Below the pieces are notes generated by a model. That model was not told the DNA's origin. It searched no databases and saw only the letters and a list, made by a program, of their open reading frames with translations. A DNA stretch of 64,000 nt from Tubiluchus corallicola. Its lineage: Eukaryota > Animalia > Priapulida. Below, piece after piece: positions 57,101 through 64,000 of this stretch; the first letter of the stretch is position 1; every line of letters begins with the position of its first letter. A program made the position numbers and the translations under genes. The DNA is taken from contig JAQGDQ010000962.1 in the NCBI GenBank assembly GCA_030141605.1, positions 1 through 64,000 on the forward strand, in the 5' to 3' direction.

Positions 57101-60100
57101 TTTTCCATCATTCACTGTTGTCTCCAGCCTGAAAAGACACACTTGTCCTCAATGTCATGTTTTAGAATTCTACACATTTACAAGTTCACATAATCAAGCA
57201 TTTGTCAACCTACCGATGTGTTGTCTGCGCAAGCCGTACTGGTTACGAATTTTGTAGCGAAAATTTTCGGTGATCATCTTATAAAGTTACTGCAATGCTG
57301 AGACGCACTCTTCAAGCTGAGCAATAGTGTAGTTCTTTCTGTTTGATGATTGATGTTCCTGCTAGATTAACAGGTTTGTAAACTTTAATCTTTTATAAAC
57401 GCTTCCTCTTGTTTCATCTGTATCAAGTTCAAGCCTCACGTTACGTTATTACCTACACCTCAACTGCTGCAGTCTTTCTATCACTTGGTTTTCCTGCCCT
57501 GGCACTGAAGAGCTTGCTTCCATATTTTCTGATCCATTTTTCTTAGATTTCATCGCAGCCATTTGTTCTTAGTTCCACAGATTTTGACTGTTTACATCAC
57601 ATCTCCACTGTTTTTCACTGATTTATCTCAGCCCATGAACACTTGTAGTGTTCACCTTGTTTTCATTATTCATCAACAGAGGCTTTAGATCTAGTCTATA
57701 AACATTAATTTTATAAATGCTTTATAATTTTTTACTTTCTAGCTATTACAGCAAAAAGTCATTTTTGAATTTACACGAATATATTTGCTTTAAAAATACT
57801 TTTAAAAATGTTTAGGAAATCATTTGATGCAGTTTGTCATACTTTAATAGGTGGGTTTTTCTTTCAATGCAAAAGAGTTATATTTTGGACACTAGATTTG
57901 CTGACGCTGCGACAGTTTAGAGAGAAGACTGCCTGCAAATGTCCTAAATGTAAGTTGCGGTTTTGCGCATTGCAGCAATTCAGGAACATATTCTATATGT
58001 TGTCGAAAAATTAATTTATTTAGCAAAAGTTTGATATGTACATGTTTTTTATCTAATTATTTACTTTCTGTAATTTTGAAAAATATTGAAATTCACAAAA
58101 ATCCTATTGACTACATTTTTTTATTTTTTCTTGCCAGGTAGAGCTAAGAAAAGACAGAAAAGCAAGAAAGGAGGTATTTTATCTGGATATGATATATTAT
58201 TTAACTCTGCAAGCATTTGTGCTTTCAGGATCTACATTTGTGTTGTACTTATATTAGCATATTCACTAAAGACACAAATTTTGACATTCATCAACTTGCA
58301 ATGTTCTCTATGCTATCCGTTTACAAATTTACTGCTCTCGTGTGATATCACATTCAAATGTTAGCTTTTCACAAGAAAATTAGATGAAAATGAACTTCGT
58401 TCATAGCATCTGTGTTTTTTGAAGTACGGTTAATGTAACCGGGACAAGAAAAAGTTTCATGTACTTTATGAAGCATGAGTTTAGTTAAATGCTGTTGCTA
58501 GAAGTTTGTGATAATAATAATAATAATAATCTTTTATTTATCTTTTAACACACGCACAGTTACAATACAATTAATTTAGCAACAAAAATGTGAAGAAAGG
58601 GCAGCGAAAGACCAATTGGTCATCTAGTCAGCTGCCCTTTGGTTAGTGATGTACATTTTTATAGGCGCTATGCTACAGTGTATTAGTGTTAGTACTGCTT
58701 ATAATAAAAACTAAATTGTTACGAATGACATAAAATTGATAATGATATGCTTATAACGTGTTAGTACAATTCATACACAGTAATAATAAGTGCATAATAA
58801 AAAAAATCAAACTGAAGATAACTGAAATAAGGACTGAAACAAGAACTAAAATAAAAATCTGACATCAGAAACATAATAACACAAGCATAATGTAAAAAAA
58901 ATACAGAGCGATTTTTGATGATCTGATGTAAAATAAATTGGCAGATAATTAAAGCACAAAAAATTACCTGTATGACTGCATGATGAGATTGACAATTGGA
59001 GTCCAGACTTTGAAAATGATCTACAGAAGTTAGACAATAAACAATTAAATATGGAAGTTAATTGATCCTGCTATAACAGTAACTGCTCTTGCACGCAGTT
59101 ACACAATTTATTAGAGGGCAAAAGGAATAAAAGTTGTTGCAAAATACTGTACGCTTATATGTAATTATCTCAGTAATAAGTTTGCAAGAGTTGACATTTA
59201 TATAATTTACTTAAGTGACAGATACTAGTTGATTGCTTAAGATCATTTTATTTGCCAGTTCCTTTTGTGTTTGAAAAACGCTACTCTATCCAGAACCAGA
59301 CTACTTACCAACCATCACGTATCAGTTTCGCTAACAAGCAGCCAATTAAAATGTCACGTACATAATGAAAGTGACTATAAACAGCTGCTTTATTGTTATT
59401 CTTTGGTTTAACAATAGCTTGCCGATGACCATTGTGTTTTAGACTACATGAACAAAAACAAGTTTATGGTAAAAGCGGCGCAGTAAGGCCAACAAAGTAC
59501 ATTTGAGATTTAAGTATATTTTTACAGTTTATTGCAGGGGTGTGCAAATTACCTGACTAACCGGGCCATATTAAACTTTCCCACAATTCATGCGGGCCAC
59601 AGGCAGTTTGATCAAGGAGCCAAGTACAGTAGGACCTAATAACGATTTTTTGCATCCGGCCTGCGTACATCATTACTACTACTACACTCAAGAAACTATT
59701 TTAGAAGTTATTAAAATTTATATTACAAACCATATATTTCTACTTTCAGGACAGATAGTGGTAATTTCATTACAATGCATATTAGTAATGTGCATCGCAC
59801 AGTCTGTGTAGTACAGTAACATTAAGCTACAACCGTCTTGTAAGGGTTAATGGCATCCGATCTAGTAGAAAAAACTACCCGCACTACCTTTGGAATCGTG
59901 GCACGGACTTCAGCTGGATACACTCAATTAATCGCCCGGGCCGCACTTTCATTAGGTTGACAAATCTCTTCGCGAGCCGCACAAATTCTCTCGGTGGGCC
60001 TCAAGTGGCCCGCGGGCCGCAATTTGCACACCCCTGGTTTATTGTGTTACTCAGTGTTTGTTTTAATTAATGGTGCAGTAAAACTTTGTGCTCAGCTCAA

Positions 60101-63100
60101 ATAGTCGAAAATACAATGTAATTAATTGTTTGTTCCCATTGGCTGTTTTACGTGTAATGACTAGCACTAGATTTGCAACTGGCAAAATCGACTAACTGAC
60201 ACAATTAAAGCATTAAGTCCAGACTACTTTTATCAAATGCAATGACTACCTACTTTTTGGTAATAAGGTTAGAAACTGGAAAGCAAGTGCAAAGTAAAAC
60301 GTTTTCTAAAATTGTCACAAAAAGTTACATGGACGAGTTTTTTACATGTATCAAGCAATCAGTGTTTTGAGTTTTCTATAATGGCATTTTCACATTAACT
60401 ATCACAATAAAATAAACTAATCAAATTATATGACACTACTGTATGTTTAAAGCACAAGAAAAGCTTCTTACATAAAGCTTTAAAAATTTGTCTTGAAATT
60501 TTATACCACTTAATCAATGCCTTTTTGCATGCAGGGCTTGCAACGGCAGTAACACTGTATAAAACTTTTGGCGCAGCTATTTTAATGGTAGGTCGTTTGA
60601 AACAAGTTTAGCTAACATTGAGTAAAGTTTGAAAAAATAATCAGAGCATTTGTAGCATAGATGTTGCTAAGTAAGTAAAATTTTAATTTACTGTATCTTG
60701 TCAATCAGATTTAAAATACGTTTTTGGTTAGTGAGTGGCTCAACCTGGAGGGTGAGTCAGAGACATTTTACCAGTTGGTCCGAATATTACTTTACATGGA
60801 AAGTTTTTTGGGACATAGTTAACATTTCCTTTTCTTCCCGTGATTTACGTTGTGCGTACTGATGTCATGTAATGGCAACTTCGGAACAGTATTGCAGGAG
60901 ATTTAAAATGAAAATAAACAAAAATTCCTTTAAACGCGAGTACTGGAAAGTAATTCACCTTTAATTTTTTAAGGTGATTTTTCTGAAACCTACTTCGGGC
61001 ACCCCTTTTCTTGTCCTTTTGAGAAATGCATGAATCGGGTAGAACCATCTAGTATGGTAATTTCAAATAAAACAGTCGGTGATTACTTATGCTTTTTTTG
61101 TTATTGCCCGCTGTAATAATTGAGAGGGCTAGTCATAGTATACCATGTGTAGTTTTTTGTCAAAGTCTATGTAACTGTTGAAGTAAAGTACAAACTGTAG
61201 GTTATTTAGCCAATTTTAAGTCCCTGAGTGAATTCGTAGTTGCATCTGCTGTCTATAAAGTTTATTTAATTGGTTTTGATTAACAGTGATGAAGCTTTGA
61301 CATTGTTCTGCTGTATTTTAGTGGTTTTGCTATTTACTTATGTTGCGTTTTATTGTGACTAGAATATCAAACTGTCTTCAGTAGTTTTTCTATTAGCAGT
61401 TGTCTTTTTTGTTTTGTATGATGCTTTACAGGAGCCTTCGTCATTCACGAACTTCATCAGCTGTAATCTACTTGTATGGCCTAGATCTTGAAAGACTGGT
61501 CTAGAAAGCTCGACGTAAAAAATAACATTTTTGGGGCTTAAAAGGGGCATTTTGTCTTCTTTACGATTATGACAATGGCAAGTCTCGGAAGAGCACTGTC
61601 TTATTTTATGCTACTGTTTATTCCTAGGTTATTTTTGTTTGAAAATTGTACCATAAAGCAAATGCTTCTTGTGTAATATAATTACGTAGTTAACATTTAA
61701 TAATAATGTTAGTAATAAAAATTGTAAAACAATAAATTATTTTATCTGCAACATTGTCTTACATTTAGCTTTATTTTGAAACAGATTTGGAAACCTAATT
61801 GCTTTTGGAAACATTCACCCTCTTTCGTTTGCTTTTTTCAGTGGTGTTTTTAATCCTGGTTACGGCTTATCAACTGTCTTCTAATTATAATATTCTTGTG
61901 CACTGCATAAACTGTTCTTTTATTTTTGTTGAAATTAGAAAAATACATCCATTCTGTATTTAATTTGTTTCTAGATTCTGGTGTCGAATCGGAGATGAGC
62001 AAATCTGCAACAATGGAGAACGTGATTCCTAAAACCGTCATTCCCATTGCTTCACCACCGGGACAGGAATCAGGTGATTCCTGCATCAGCGCTGTCATCC
62101 CCGTAGGAAACATTAAGCACTTCCAGGAATCGGAATGGGAGCTGCAAAATGCCGCCTCTGTACTAAGTTGCAAGCCACTCGACAATAAAGGCGGTGGAGC
62201 GCAACCGCTCTTCCTTGCGGAACACCGCGACAAGAGTTGTCAAACGCCCGAGGAGCCGGAACGCCCTAAGCTGGCATCTAAGCTCGAAGATGGAATTTAC
62301 TTTACGTCGGCTCCGAAGATTGACTATGCTGCCATGATGAAGGACGTGCAAATGGAGACTGAACGATTGATTATGAACTTGGAGTCGAGTCAAGACGTGT
62401 TTCCCGAACTGCCTCCTGACACAATCTATGAAAGCGAAAATGTTGTCGAAGGATCAGAGAGCGACGCATCTGATGTGGGTCCAGACGATGAACTTTCCTC
62501 CGATGATTCTTTAACTTCGTATGTTAAACGGAATCCGATCTTCCATGGCAATATTGAAGAGTTATCTACCAGCCTTGCAGCGGAAAATCCTAACAAAAAT
62601 ATGTCAAATTTTTCTCAGTACAGTCCCGGGACTCGTACGCCCAGAGAACAGACGCTCGGAGTGTTTTCTGTTGATTTACGTATGTCAAGTAAAACTCTTC
62701 TTAATTTGCTACTCTACATTGTTGCTTGCCGTAACCTAATACGAATACAGTACGACTTAATGTGATTTAAATTTTAATCGGCTTTAAATTTATTTGGTAA
62801 GATGATTTAAATTTATTTGTTAAAAAAACATGAGAGTCATTGGAATTTTTTGTGTAAGTGCAAAAAAGGTAACTCTGATTACCTTTTGCTAATTAAAATA
62901 GCCAAAATACCATTTTGACATTATATCTTATTTGCCTAAAATTTTTGATTTGCTCATTTATATTGACTGCCTATGTGTTATTGTTTTTCTAGGAACGATG
63001 CGTTCGTTGCGATTGTTTTTCAGTAACGATGAAAATACGCGCGGACAGTTAGTTATAGCAAGCCGTGAAAGTCAGTACAAGATACTTCACTTTCATCGTG

Positions 63101-63165
63101 GTGGCCTAGATTCTCTTGCTGCTATACTAGAGGATTGGAATTTCTTAGACAAAGACAAGACAAAG
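53920..63165 (+). CDS. TBC1D16: TBC1D16-like RabGAP gene, 5' part; exons 53920-54111, 55598-55754, 61975-62679, 62993-63165
   Basis: LDGEIIYSKNHVCVHPP..HHPGYL, TLILTWIPN and VFSVDL-RTMRSLRLFFS..GQLVIASRESQYKILHFH match TBC1D16 as recalled; splice phases 0/1/1 are consistent. Confidence 0.9.
54358..55504. mobile_element. Outer Tc1/pogo-like MITE
   Basis: CAGTAAACTCCGCATAACTCAAAT / ATTTGAGTTACCCAGAATTGACTG-TA. Confidence 0.6.
54933..55341. mobile_element. Nested Tigger-like MITE
   Basis: TA-CAGTGTTCCCTCGCTA...TAAGTGAGGGAACACTG-TA. Confidence 0.85.
55598..55754 (+). CDS. TBC1D16: TBC1D16 second coding exon
   Basis: VGGKTLILTWIPN...STAQ; donor G|GTAAGG. Confidence 0.85.
56059..56540. mobile_element. 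Mariner/pogo-like MITE remnant
   Basis: TA-CCGTATATACTCGCATATAAGCCG start and repeated GGTCGGCTTATAT subterminal motifs; right end lost. Confidence 0.55.
58138..58173 (+). CDS. TBC1D16: Candidate 36-nt cassette exon of TBC1D16 (GRAKKRQKSKKG)
   Basis: Long polypyrimidine tract and CAG acceptor, donor GAG|GTATT, symmetric phase 1/1, no stop. Confidence 0.45.
59535..60036. mobile_element. hAT-type MITE
   Basis: Perfect 16-bp TIR CAGGGGTGTGCAAATT and perfect 8-bp TSD GTTTATTG. Confidence 0.93.
60451..61017. mobile_element. Kolobok-like element, family 2
   Basis: Diverged copy of 47595-48262 with the same termini. Confidence 0.7.
61426..61466 (-). ncRNA. Penelope-type minimal hammerhead ribozyme remnant
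   Basis: TTACAG-CTGATGA-A-GTT cgtgaat GAC-GAAG-GC-TC-CTGTAA. Confidence 0.55.
61975..62679 (+). CDS. TBC1D16: TBC1D16 large acidic, low-complexity exon
   Basis: Acceptor ttctag, 705 nt open, donor C|GTATGT. Confidence 0.85.
62993..63165 (+). CDS. TBC1D16: TBC1D16 exon (RTMRSLRLFFS...DKTK)
   Basis: Acceptor tttctag, conserved peptide; donor GTTCCT is weak, so the 3' boundary is uncertain. Confidence 0.85.
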
Positions 63166-64000
63166 GTTCCTGTGTTTTTTTTGACATTTCTGTGAATACA
63201 AAATTCTCTTGTATAATGTCAGTATGTTATCTGAAAAATCGCTTTAAATCAACGTTTTTTTCACGTAGCTACGTTCACTTGTTATTTTTGTAAATTCTTC
63301 TCAACAACGTGTTTTTTTGTAAAACTTTGGAATGAAAAAAATAATGGCACGTCCAAAAAGTGGGTCTCACCTTAGAACCCTAGAGAAGAGGTGACTTGTG
63401 GAGAATGAACACTGGCAAAAAATCTTTGCCTGATGGTGATTCGAATACAAATAGAAACTTTGCAGTTAAAATTCTTGCAATGGGTTTTTCATCAATTAAT
63501 GCTAAATTTTAAATTATTAATGAAGTACGAATTTACCTGAGTTGTTTTTGCATTTTAATATTTGAAACTTTCCAGTGGTTTTTTAAGTTTTAAAACTAAC
63601 AGAAAGTAAAAATAAAGCTCTTTCACTTGAAGCATTCTAATTTATATAATATGTTTGTCAGTATTAAAATAACTAGACAATAGCTGTAAAGTTAATAGTT
63701 AGACTTGTGTTCTTCTAACTTCATGGCAGCAACCAATTGTGTCGCCATCTATCATGCACTGGCACAAATGAATGACCACAGACCTAATCCTACAGCCAGT
63801 GTGTCCTTCTCTTCCATTTAAGAGAGTTCATTTAATCAAACAATTTGATTATCCTAGCTCCAACTAGACTGATTCCTACTTCGTGTTTGTCTATTATATA
63901 GTTCCTAAAATCATAGATATAACATTGGTACTAGTTATGACATCACATCCCTCCTTTCATTTAGAAAGTTATTACACCATTGCATAAAACAGATTATATA

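Overview
AT-rich, intron-rich animal DNA, most likely from an invertebrate. All calls were read by eye; protein and family names are recalled from memory and no database was searched. (1) An SCLT1-like coiled-coil ciliary gene runs on the minus strand, with 11 coding exons from the ATG at 47241 down to 3095; its last exons lie beyond the left edge. (2) A divergently oriented TBC1D16-like RabGAP gene starts at 53920 on the plus strand and runs off the right edge. (3) The 27.9-kb SCLT1 intron (7462-35327) holds two intact, antisense, 3-exon secreted C-type lectin paralogues (QPD/WND). Between them lies an 11-kb decayed Ty3/Gypsy LTR retrotransposon with a tRNA-His PBS and a truncated 5' LTR. (4) Smaller repeats include a 5S-rRNA-headed SINE with RTE-like body and tail, a MetaSINE-like tRNA SINE, Kolobok-like, Tc1/pogo-like and hAT MITEs, LINE fragments, Penelope-type minimal hammerhead remnants, and mini/microsatellites. 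Best leads: a second tRNA-His-complementary box in the Gypsy U5, a UIM-like motif at the integrase C-terminus, excess amino-acid divergence in the lectin CRDs, the 5S-RTE SINE, and a polybasic 36-nt cassette exon candidate in TBC1D16.
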